Shown: positions 1 to 8,195, numbered from the stretch's first letter. The stretch is DNA of 12,728 bases from Chlamydiota bacterium (GCA_050049995.1 JASFVE010000055.1:1-12728), one strand, 5' to 3'. Numbers and translations are program-made. The notes: a model not told the origin generated them from the letters alone.

Positions 1-2
1 GT

Positions 3-332
3 TGGCCCCCTGGAGGTCCTTTTCAGTTTGAAGTGGGTATTGCTAATCTTTCCTTTGCTGTTTTAGGTGTTCTCTCTATCTGGTTTAGGAAACGTTTTTG
101 GATAGCAGTCATTGTCGGATACACCATCTGGCTATGGGGTGATGCTATAGGACATTTTGTGCAAATAATACGCATTGAAGATTATGCAGAAGGTAATGCA
201 GGAGTATATTTTTACTCAGATATTATAGCTCCTGTTGTTTTGATTTTATCCTATTTTTCTTATGTAGGATCGGTTAGTGAAGCAAAAAGTTGGAAAAGAA
301 AGTGGAAATATTTAATGAATCATGTGGAGTAA
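3..332 (+). CDS. DUF6790-like integral membrane protein, 5'-truncated by the window edge
   Basis: The frame is open from base 3 (WPPGGPFQFEVGIANLSFAVLGVLSIWF...WLWGDAIGH...GNAG..FYSDI), so the GTG at 33 is internal. The W-P-x-G-x-PFQ-x-EVG-x-AN pattern plus several hydrophobic helices resembles DUF6790. Confidence 0.7.
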   Translation, partial: WPPGGPFQFEVGIANLSFAVLGVLSIWFRKRFWIAVIVGYTIWLWGDAIGHFVQIIRIEDYAEGNAGVYFYSDIIAPVVLILSYFSYVGSVSEAKSWKRKWKYLMNHVE

Positions 333-342
333 GGAGTGATGT

Positions 343-759
343 ATGGCTAAAAAAGATCGAGACGAAAACAAAGAGCTAGTCCAAAAACTAGAAAAAGACA
401 TAGAAGAGTTCAGCCATGACTATGAAGATGTGTTAACACACCATGAGTTGGTTGACAACACAGAGTTTTTACACAAATTTGCTGACCACATTATTCAGTT
501 AGATAAAGATGCTACAGACTCTGATGATGAGCAAGCATCTTTAGTGCACCATTATTTGACAACACCCTTAGGTGCTCCTTTTATTTCTAATAAAACACTT
601 TTAGAAGCTGCTAACTCCTATGATCGACAAGATCCTCTGAATTCAGATTTACATGAATTAGTCGATGGGATGATTCATTTTGGAGATCAGCAAAAAAACC
701 CACTTATGGTCATTTTTCACTCAATTGAAGAACATTTAAAGAAAGAAAAGCAATCATAA
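343..759 (+). CDS. Hypothetical acidic, His-rich helical protein (138 aa)
   Basis: ATG preceded by AAGGAG overlapping the upstream stop codon; soluble composition; no family recognised. Confidence 0.75.
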   Translation: MAKKDRDENKELVQKLEKDIEEFSHDYEDVLTHHELVDNTEFLHKFADHIIQLDKDATDSDDEQASLVHHYLTTPLGAPFISNKTLLEAANSYDRQDPLNSDLHELVDGMIHFGDQQKNPLMVIFHSIEEHLKKEKQS

Positions 760-3474
760 TTTAAGTTGAGCTAAAATTAGTTGTTGGCTTTTATCTTCAG
801 TTAACTCAAAGCCATTTTTTTTGCATATTTGTTGCATGGCGTCATTTTCTGGAAGCATATAAGCTAAAATAGTTTCAATATGTTCTTTTTTAGCTATTTT
901 GATAATCACATCCATTAAGCTTTTTCCTAGCCCCTTGTGCTGCCAGTCATCTTTTACAATAATAGCAAACCTAGCATCGCTTGTACCTGCAAGCTTTGTC
1001 AACTTGGCAACTGCTAATATTTCTTTGCCGTCATGTTTTTTTTCCACCACAAGTGCAATTTCTCGATCATAATCAGTAAAGCAAATACTTACCAATCTAT
1101 CGTGAGCAGTTCTTTCATCATATTGAATAAATTTTAAGTACCTTTGGCGTACTGATTTTTCTGAAAGATCTTTATGAAACTTAGTAATTAGTGGAACATC
1201 TTCTGGTCGGATAGGTCTGATAGTTACAGGTGTCCCATCTGATAGTTTTATCTGATGTATATATTGCAAGGGGTAGGGGCGAATTGCCAGTTGCGGCAAG
1301 TTTTTCTCTTGGGCGTTATGCAAAATAATTCTAGCATCTAAAGCCACAATCCTATCTTCTGATACTAAAAGAGGGTTGATATCACACTCTTTAATCCAAG
1401 GGTGTTGAGCTATGAGATTGCTAAACTGCACTAAAATTTTTTCCAACCCCTCTATATCTACCGCTTTTTTACCCCTTACCCCTTGCAAAGCGGTAAAAAT
1501 TTTAGTTCTAGTCATAAGTCGTTTAGCTAAAGTCGATGTTAAAGGAGGAAGCGCTAAGGCCCTATCTTTATAAACTTCTACAAGCTGTCCACCTGTTCCA
1601 AAAAGTAATACTGGCCCAAATTGCTGGTCGATAGAGCTACCTAAGATAATTTCATAACCATTCAAGGAAATCATTTCTTGGACTGTGACTCCTTGAAAAT
1701 GCTCTTCTCCTTTTTTAGCTTTAACGGACTCATAAATTTCATCAAAAGCTCGCTGTACAGCTTCTTCAGATAAGAGATTTAACTTAACGCCTCCAACATC
1801 AGTTTTATGGGTAATCGTTTCAGAGTGGAGCTTTAAAACGACAGGAAATCCTATTTTTTTAGCTACCTCAGCTGCTTGATTTTTATCTGTTGCAATTTCT
1901 GTTTTTACTGTAGGGATTTGAAAAAGATCTAATACTTGCTTAGATTCAAATTCTGTTAGTAGTTCTCTATTTTCCCCTTTTGCTTTTTCAATTATCTTTT
2001 CAATTTCTTTATTTTGCTCTAATGCACCAACACTGTCAGGTCCTTGCATAACTGGTGTTTCATAAATACCTTTCAAATTATAAGTATAGTTCCACATATA
2101 GGCAAAGGCCTTACACGCCTGATCAGGATACTCAAAGGTAGGTATTCCTGCTTGATTTAAAATCCTATCCCCTTCTTCTATAGAACCAGCACCCATCCAA
2201 GAAGCCAAGATTGGCTTGTCATCAATATGCGCATGTTCTTTTAATTTAAGTGCTGTGGCAGTTGAGTCGGTCATATCCTGTGGCGTTAGGATAACTAATA
2301 ATCCATTCGTCTGTTTATCTTTAGCAACAATTTCAACAGTTTTTGCATATAGCTCATCGTCCGCATCTCCTAAAATATCCACCGGGTTATTGTGGCTCCA
2401 TTGCGGGGGTAACAAGTTATTTAATGAGCTATAGGTATTCTCATCTAATTTAGATAAGCTTCCACCATTTTCTATTAAGGCATCTGTTGCTATAACACCA
2501 GGACCTCCTGCATTTGTGACGATAGTAAGGTTGGGCCCTTTTGGTCTAGGTTGTTTAGACAATACCCTAGCCATACTGAAAAGATCGGAAATTGTATCGA
2601 CTCTTAATACACCTACTCTTTTTAAAGCCGCATCCAATACATCATCACTACCCGCTAGCGATCCCGTATGAGATGCTGCAGCTTTTGCTGACTCTTCTGT
2701 TCTTCCCGCTTTAATTAGAATAATAGGTTTATTTAAAGCTACTTCTTTTGCTGCTGATAAAAAAGACCTCGGATCACCAATACTTTCCATATAAAGCAAA
2801 ATGCTTTTTGTATTAGGGTCATTACCAAAGTAATAGATAAGGTCGCCCCAGTTAACATCTATCATTGATCCGACCGACACAAAAGAGCTAAAGCCTACCT
2901 TGTTTTTCAAACTCCAGTCTAATACAGCAGTGCAAAGAGCTCCTGACTGACTTAAGAAAGCTAGGTTGCCCTCATACGCCATGTCTGCCGCAAATGTGGC
3001 ATTTAACCCATTGATGGGATTCATCACTCCTAAACAATTAGGACCAATAATTCTCATATTGCCTTGTCTGGCTAGAGTGAGAATCTCCTCTTCAAGTTTA
3101 ATTCCAGGCTCGCCTAATTCTTTAAATCCAGCAGAAATAATAACAGCAGCAGGGATCTGTAAATCGACACAGTCTTGCACAATAGATGCTACAAACTTAG
3201 CTGGTATGACAATAACGACTAAATCAACTTTTTCAGGAATATCATGTAGTGTTTTATAAGCTTTAATACCTAAGACATTGGCTCTTTTAGGATTAACTGG
3301 ATAAACTGTCCCTCCAAAGGGTGATTTGAGAAGATTCCATAAAACAGTCCTTCCTACACTGTTTTTTCGTTCACTTGCGCCAACAACTGCAACAGTTTTA
3401 GGATAAAAAATATGATCAAGCTGCTGCTGTTTTCTATGTAAAATATTAAGCGATGGATCAAAAGAACTACTCAT
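754..3474 (-). CDS. ADP-forming acetate/acyl-CoA ligase family protein fused to a C-terminal GNAT domain (Pat/YfiQ-type architecture)
   Basis: CoA-binding domain ([24 protein letters not shown]), ligase motifs [21 protein letters not shown] and [12 protein letters not shown]-grasp motifs HKTDVGGV and ECDINPL, GNAT motif [19 protein letters not shown] upstream. Confidence 0.93.
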   Translation of the reverse strand: MSSSFDPSLNILHRKQQQLDHIFYPKTVAVVGASERKNSVGRTVLWNLLKSPFGGTVYPVNPKRANVLGIKAYKTLHDIPEKVDLVVIVIPAKFVASIVQDCVDLQIPAAVIISAGFKELGEPGIKLEEEILTLARQGNMRIIGPNCLGVMNPINGLNATFAADMAYEGNLAFLSQSGALCTAVLDWSLKNKVGFSSFVSVGSMIDVNWGDLIYYFGNDPNTKSILLYMESIGDPRSFLSAAKEVALNKPIILIKAGRTEESAKAAASHTGSLAGSDDVLDAALKRVGVLRVDTISDLFSMARVLSKQPRPKGPNLTIVTNAGGPGVIATDALIENGGSLSKLDENTYSSLNNLLPPQWSHNNPVDILGDADDELYAKTVEIVAKDKQTNGLLVILTPQDMTDSTATALKLKEHAHIDDKPILASWMGAGSIEEGDRILNQAGIPTFEYPDQACKAFAYMWNYTYNLKGIYETPVMQGPDSVGALEQNKEIEKIIEKAKGENRELLTEFESKQVLDLFQIPTVKTEIATDKNQAAEVAKKIGFPVVLKLHSETITHKTDVGGVKLNLLSEEAVQRAFDEIYESVKAKKGEEHFQGVTVQEMISLNGYEIILGSSIDQQFGPVLLFGTGGQLVEVYKDRALALPPLTSTLAKRLMTRTKIFTALQGVRGKKAVDIEGLEKILVQFSNLIAQHPWIKECDINPLLVSEDRIVALDARIILHNAQEKNLPQLAIRPYPLQYIHQIKLSDGTPVTIRPIRPEDVPLITKFHKDLSEKSVRQRYLKFIQYDERTAHDRLVSICFTDYDREIALVVEKKHDGKEILAVAKLTKLAGTSDARFAIIVKDDWQHKGLGKSLMDVIIKIAKKEHIETILAYMLPENDAMQQICKKNGFELTEDKSQQLILAQLKL

Positions 3475-3480
3475 AGATGG

Positions 3481-3519
3481 AACCTCCCCCTCTTACTATC
3501 TATAGCAAAGGAGAAGGTT
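3481..3519 (-). promoter_or_regulatory. Predicted 5'-UTR hairpin sequestering the Shine-Dalgarno of the acyl-CoA ligase/GNAT gene
   Basis: Minus-strand RNA AACCUUCUCCUUUGCUA-UAGA-UAGUAA(G)AGGGGGAGGUU pairs over about 17 bp with one bulge and three G-U pairs; the GGAGG SD (3487-3483) lies in the 3' arm. Confidence 0.5.
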
Positions 3520-3552
3520 TTAGAAAAGATACGATATCAAATTGCGAAAAAA

Positions 3553-3915
3553 TTATGACCAAACCAATGCATATGCAAACTCTAACTCCCTGATTTCATG
3601 TGAGAAGTTAGAAGTAGGTTCTAGCTCTAGACTTTTAGCTAGGCTCTTAAAAGTTTTAATATTTTTTTCTATAAAGCTCAATTTTCCTCTTCTTTGTGCT
3701 TTAGTATTGAGAATGATTCTGGCATTAGCATGCATTATAGAAATCAGTTTATCTATTAAATGGCTTAAAAAATTGGGCTTATATAAAAGTGTAATTTGAT
3801 TTCCTTGAGCACTATAAACTTGAAATTTATGCACTTCAGTTCGTTCTTTGTGGTGAGTTTCCTGCGCTGCTACGTACTTGTCTATAATTCTACTTGGTAA
3901 AACAGTAGGTATCAT
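3553..3915 (-). CDS. Hypothetical protein (120 aa)
   Basis: ATG with AGGAG SD about 5 nt upstream; co-oriented with its neighbours; no recognisable domain. Confidence 0.7.
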   Translation of the reverse strand: MIPTVLPSRIIDKYVAAQETHHKERTEVHKFQVYSAQGNQITLLYKPNFLSHLIDKLISIMHANARIILNTKAQRRGKLSFIEKNIKTFKSLAKSLELEPTSNFSHEIRELEFAYALVWS

Positions 3916-3962
3916 AAATTCTCCTAATTTAGAACACAGGAAGAATCTATAAAGAAATTTTT

Positions 3963-4505
3963 TTAACGTACAGTATATTCACGAAAAAAGTTCATAACTA
4001 CTAGCAATCCTACAGAAAGGGCAATTCTCAGGGTTGCGATAGGTCTATGAGTAATCAAAATTTTTTCATCTCTATCCCAAGTAGTGAGCTTAGCACTTTT
4101 TAAATGAGAGTAGGCTACTAACATAGTGATTAAGTTGACAAAAGGAATTCCCATACCAAAGCCTCTAAACCACACTAAAAATGCTCTTCTCATAGAAGTA
4201 GGAAGAGATAGTCTATGTCTTTTATAGCTAAGCTTTGTTTTCAAAAGAAATTTTCCCGGAGTATACCCCCATGAGGAAAGTAAAACCGCTTCGATGGGAA
4301 CCCAAAGTAAATAAAGTAAGGGTACCATAGTAAAGTGAAAGGAATAGACTTTTGGAAAAAAGGATAAAATGACTCCAAAGAAAGAGTAATCTATCATTCT
4401 CGCTAGAAAGCGTATCCAGGGATTAACATGGGAAGTATCTTCTTTAGTAATTCTTGGCTGATCTACTATTATTTCAGATGGTTCAATAACTTTATCTTTT
4501 CTCAT
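3963..4505 (-). CDS. RDD family membrane protein
   Basis: PWIRFLARMIDY (R..D signature), hydrophobic helices, TPGKFLL, late W-D-R motif. The ATG at 4505 is preferred over the TTG at 4514. Confidence 0.85.
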   Translation of the reverse strand: MRKDKVIEPSEIIVDQPRITKEDTSHVNPWIRFLARMIDYSFFGVILSFFPKVYSFHFTMVPLLYLLWVPIEAVLLSSWGYTPGKFLLKTKLSYKRHRLSLPTSMRRAFLVWFRGFGMGIPFVNLITMLVAYSHLKSAKLTTWDRDEKILITHRPIATLRIALSVGLLVVMNFFREYTVR

Positions 4506-4525
4506 ATAGAACAAGTTAATATTTT

Positions 4526-5461
4526 TTAAATATTTGAGCTAGCTTTGTTAACTCGATTCATTAAAGCTAGATCTTCTTTAGCTATCTCATCGCAAAAAAT
4601 TAAAATCTCTTCAAACTGAAGTGAATCTGCTTTTCTAAAGTTTGCAAAAAGAGTTTGCCTACTTAAAGGCCAACTCAATATAGAGGGTATTTTTTGAGCA
4701 GATAGCACAATCTGTTTTTTAGAGCTCTTATCAGCATACTCTAGCAGTTCATTTAAGGAAAAAAAGACTTTTATTTTTGCAGAAGGTGCATAATGGCGAT
4801 ATTTCATACCAGGTGCAATTGCAAGATGAGAACTTTTTACTTCCCTTTTTAAAACAATCTCTAAGCTTTCTTTAGAAATTGCTCCAGGTCGTAAAAGAAT
4901 AGGAAAATCAGATAAGTAAATGACAGTAGATTCAATACCATGCTGACATGGACCACCGTCTAAAATAAAAGGAATTTTCCCATTAAAATCTTCAAAAACA
5001 TGTTCAGCCAAAGTAGGGCTCGGCCTGCCTGATATGTTTGCTGAAGGGGCAACTAAAGGTTCTTTAACTGCCGCAATCAGATCCAAGGCTGGTTGAAGGC
5101 CAGGCATCCTTATAGCTACTGTAGGTTTTGCTCCAGTTGCAATATCAGGAATATGTGGTTTTTTTTCTAAAATAATAGTAAGTGGACCTGGGAAAAATGC
5201 CTCGCTCAAAAGATAAAATTCTTTTGGAATATTTTGCGCCAGCTCTTCTACCCACTTTATATCATTGATATGGACAATCAAAGGGTTATCAGAAGGTCTA
5301 TTTTTTAAAGTAAAAATTTTCCGCACACTTTCTTCTTGAAATAAGGGAGCTGCCAAACCATAAACAGTTTCTGTAGCAAAAGAAACTAACTCATTGTTTT
5401 TAAGAGCTTTTGCAGCTTTTTTAATATTATCGGGTGTGGGAGAAAGTATTTCTGTTTTCAT
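4526..5461 (-). CDS. sua5: L-threonylcarbamoyladenylate synthase (Sua5/TsaC with C-terminal SUA5 domain)
   Basis: Motifs TETVYGL, KNRPSDNPLIVH, FFPGPLTII, PSANISGRPSPT, GIESTVI and the PGMKYRHYAP linker typical of Sua5. Confidence 0.96.
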   Translation of the reverse strand: MKTEILSPTPDNIKKAAKALKNNELVSFATETVYGLAAPLFQEESVRKIFTLKNRPSDNPLIVHINDIKWVEELAQNIPKEFYLLSEAFFPGPLTIILEKKPHIPDIATGAKPTVAIRMPGLQPALDLIAAVKEPLVAPSANISGRPSPTLAEHVFEDFNGKIPFILDGGPCQHGIESTVIYLSDFPILLRPGAISKESLEIVLKREVKSSHLAIAPGMKYRHYAPSAKIKVFFSLNELLEYADKSSKKQIVLSAQKIPSILSWPLSRQTLFANFRKADSLQFEEILIFCDEIAKEDLALMNRVNKASSNI

Positions 5462-5547
5462 ATCGAAATAGTATAACTAAATGCCTGTTGAAAGAACAGT
5501 TTCAAAAAAGGATTTGATTAAATTTAAAAGAGCTTAAAATAGAAATT

Positions 5548-6303
5548 ATGTATGACTTCCTTATACCAATTCCTATTCTTTCAGATAATTATAGCTACAT
5601 GCTCCGCACAGATAAAAAAGCTCTTATTATTGACCCAGGAGAGTCTCAGTCGATTATAGATGAACTGGAAAAGTTAAATTTACATTTGACCGCTATTCTT
5701 TGTACTCACCACCATTCAGATCACGTGAATGGTGTAGAAGCATTAAAAACTCGATATAATGCAAAAGTCTATGGGCCTAAAGATGATAGAATTCCTTTGT
5801 TGGATGTTGGATTGGATAAATATAGCACTTTAGCATTAGAAGGTTTTCCCTTTAAAATTATAGAAACTCCAGGTCACACAAAAAGTCACATTGTTTTTTT
5901 AGAAGAAAATCATCATATCCTGTTTTCTGGTGACACTCTTTTTGGAGCAGGGTGTGGAAGGCTGTTTGAAGGAAGCTATGAAGAAATGTATAGCTCACTT
6001 CATAAACTCTCCTTACTTAATCCTGATACATATATTTACTTTGGACATGAATACACTTTAAAAAACCTTGAGTTTGCTCATCAACTTTTTCCTGATGATG
6101 ACGCTATTAAAAGCAGGCTTAATACAACTATTCAGTTGAGAAAAAACCATCAATTTACTATTCCCTCAACATTAAATATGGAACTGAAAACAAACCCATT
6201 TTTAAGAGTACATGAACAATCCATTCAAAAATCTTTAGACATGCTAAGTCAAAAGGAGGTAGATGTCTTTGCAAAACTCAGGCAACTTAGAGACAAATTT
6301 TAA
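5548..6303 (+). CDS. gloB: Hydroxyacylglutathione hydrolase (glyoxalase II)
   Basis: DNYSY, THHHSDH metallo-beta-lactamase motif, TPGHT, FSGDTLFGAGCGRLFEG, GHEYT..NL.FA, PSTL..E..TNPFLR. Confidence 0.96.
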   Translation: MYDFLIPIPILSDNYSYMLRTDKKALIIDPGESQSIIDELEKLNLHLTAILCTHHHSDHVNGVEALKTRYNAKVYGPKDDRIPLLDVGLDKYSTLALEGFPFKIIETPGHTKSHIVFLEENHHILFSGDTLFGAGCGRLFEGSYEEMYSSLHKLSLLNPDTYIYFGHEYTLKNLEFAHQLFPDDDAIKSRLNTTIQLRKNHQFTIPSTLNMELKTNPFLRVHEQSIQKSLDMLSQKEVDVFAKLRQLRDKF

Positions 6304-6772
6304 ATTTTTTTGGTCTAAAAGCAAAAGAACCTTACCTGAGCAGTTAATTGGCTTCTTTTTGTTTTTAACAACAATTATTACTATCATGCTAATAAATGCT
6401 TGGATAACAAAACACGCACATTGGGAAAAGCCCCTTATCTTAGAAAGGTTTTTAAATCCTGTTTTGACAGTTGTTTATATTCTTATTTCAGTAAGTTTTT
6501 GGAGCTTATGGAGGAAGTTTTCTTTTAAGCATCTAAAAATGGAGTGTGCCTTTCTTGGGGCTAGCCTTGTTTTGAATGTAGCTTGGCATATAATGTTCTT
6601 ATATTTTAATGAGCCTTTTTTAGGATTGATCATTAATTTAATGATGTTTGCCACATCTATTTTAAGTTTTTATATTTTTTGGAGAAAAGATAGGATTGCT
6701 GCTATTATCTTTTTACCGTATGTAATTTTTAGCAGTATTTTAACTTCTTTTAATATGTTTTATTGTACTTGA
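6263..6772 (+). CDS. tspO: TspO/MBR (translocator protein) family membrane protein, divergent
   Basis: About five hydrophobic helices. KP...PVLTVVY, W.LWRK, LVLNVAWH.MF and FWRKDRIAAIIFLPY...FN align with the TspO pattern KP..PVWT.LY / LN..WS..FF / A..L..PY..W...LN. AGGAGGT inside gloB lies just before the ATG; 41-nt overlap with gloB. Confidence 0.75.
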   Translation: MSLQNSGNLETNFKFFWSKSKRTLPEQLIGFFLFLTTIITIMLINAWITKHAHWEKPLILERFLNPVLTVVYILISVSFWSLWRKFSFKHLKMECAFLGASLVLNVAWHIMFLYFNEPFLGLIINLMMFATSILSFYIFWRKDRIAAIIFLPYVIFSSILTSFNMFYCT

Positions 6773-6779
6773 GGTTTTC

Positions 6780-7109
6780 ATGATCAGATCTACTCCCCTA
6801 ATAATCTTAACCTATGCAATTGTAGTCATCTTATTGGGTTATATGGGCTACTCTAATGCACAAAGCCTCATATCTTTAATTATAGCTGGAATCTTTGGGT
6901 TATTTATTATTTTGATGTTAGGGTTGGCAGCGTATCGTAGAAAAGATTGGCTGTATTACCCAATTGCTGCTGCTGTTTTAGCCCTTCTAGGTTTTTTTGC
7001 TTATAGATTCAGCTCTACAAAAAACTTTATGCCAGGAGTCATGTCGGTATTTTCATTCCTTGTGCTGATACTGACCGTTATAAAAGCTCTTTCTCATCGT
7101 GAAGAATAG
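6780..7109 (+). CDS. TMEM14 (FAX-like) family small membrane protein
   Basis: YA..V...G.MGY..AQS..SLI...IFG and RF..TK.FMPG motifs characteristic of TMEM14; GAGG SD overlaps the upstream stop. Confidence 0.82.
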   Translation: MIRSTPLIILTYAIVVILLGYMGYSNAQSLISLIIAGIFGLFIILMLGLAAYRRKDWLYYPIAAAVLALLGFFAYRFSSTKNFMPGVMSVFSFLVLILTVIKALSHREE

Positions 7110-7817
7110 TTACTGTAAGGCATTTTCAAAGTTTTGATATTGTATGTACCTTTTATTAGCTACACTCCAATCAATACTATTGAAAAATGTTTCGATATAT
7201 TTTTTTCTGTTTAAACCAAACTGAATAAGATAGGCATGTTCCCAAACATCCATCACTAAAATGATATCTCCTGTAGCCAAATGACCTACATCATGTTCGT
7301 TAATCCAAGTATTGATTAGTTTTCCATTCTTAGGATCAAGGTATAGAATAACCCACCCAATCCCTCGGATTTGACCTGTTGCCATAAAATCTTCTTTCCA
7401 CTGATTGTAACTTCCAAAATCTTTTGCAATTGCATGATACAATGGAGTATCAGATTTAAGACTGCTTGTTTTTCCCATATTTCCAAAGTACAGCTCATGC
7501 AACCGCATTCCATCAAATTCCCAGCCTAACCTTCTTTTTAGTGCCCCAAAAATATAGGATGTAGCTTTTTTCGAATTTGCAAGTGATTTTAACTCTTCTA
7601 AAAGATAGTTAGTATTTTTAACATACCCTTCATAGAGCTTAAAGTGCATATTTAGTAGCTCATCATCAAACTCTGTAATGTTCAAAAGATAAGAAAAATC
7701 TTTCGCTTCATACCTACTATTAGACATGCTAGAAGATCTTTGACCTGGGTTTGATGCTGCATAAGAAAAAAAGATACAAAAAACAAAGGATAAAAGAATT
7801 TTCAATAATCTGCTCAT
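7110..7817 (-). CDS. sod: Fe/Mn superoxide dismutase family protein with N-terminal signal-peptide-like extension
   Basis: Ligand motifs MHFKLYEGYV, LHELYF, GIGWVIL, MDVWEHAY; leader MSRLLKILLSFVFCIFFSYAA; GGAAGG SD upstream. Confidence 0.92.
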   Translation of the reverse strand: MSRLLKILLSFVFCIFFSYAASNPGQRSSSMSNSRYEAKDFSYLLNITEFDDELLNMHFKLYEGYVKNTNYLLEELKSLANSKKATSYIFGALKRRLGWEFDGMRLHELYFGNMGKTSSLKSDTPLYHAIAKDFGSYNQWKEDFMATGQIRGIGWVILYLDPKNGKLINTWINEHDVGHLATGDIILVMDVWEHAYLIQFGLNRKKYIETFFNSIDWSVANKRYIQYQNFENALQ

Positions 7818-7829
7818 GTTTAAACCTTC

Positions 7830-8195
7830 CTATTTTTTTAATGGGTACTTGGCTTGCCCCTTTAAAGAAGTTAATAATTGGTGAATAGAAGAAAAAACTC
7901 GGTAAGATTTAGAGGTCAAATCAGGATTATCATCGTATAAAATCCATCCTTTTTCCGTCTGAACTAGCATTAGTTCCTTGATAGCATTTTCTTTTTCTTT
8001 GATCGTAATAATATAACAATGGATAGCTGTATGGTTTTCTCTAGCTAAAAGCTCTTCAATATTTTTAGTAATCAAATCTCCTTTACGAACGAGATAGGTT
8101 CCCGGTTTTTGATCTTTTAAAAGACGCTCTGCTTCTAAATGATCTACCCCTTTTTTCCAACCAGGTAAAGATGCAATGGGTCGTGAATTAGTCAT
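7830..8195 (-). CDS. Stand-alone SH2-like domain protein (121 aa)
   Basis: W..G.D..EAERLL....PGTYLVR (cf. WYHG.ISR.EAE.LL....GTFLVRES), CYIITIK (betaC), IKELML (betaD), FSSIHQLL (cf. F.SL.ELV) and terminal KYPL. Confidence 0.78.
   Translation of the reverse strand: MTNSRPIASLPGWKKGVDHLEAERLLKDQKPGTYLVRKGDLITKNIEELLARENHTAIHCYIITIKEKENAIKELMLVQTEKGWILYDDNPDLTSKSYRVFSSIHQLLTSLKGQAKYPLKK

Noticed and set aside
2216..2434. 72-aa plus-strand ORF
   Set aside because: Antisense shadow of the conserved ligase/GNAT gene; TTG start, no recognisable motif.
2966..3259. 97-aa plus-strand ORF
   Set aside because: Antisense shadow of the ligase/GNAT gene.
3542..3799. 85-aa plus-strand ORF
   Set aside because: TTG start without SD; overlaps the minus-strand 120-aa ORF, which has ATG, an SD and the neighbours' orientation.
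7316..7516. 66-aa Cys-containing ORF
   Set aside because: Alternative frame inside sod; no independent support.
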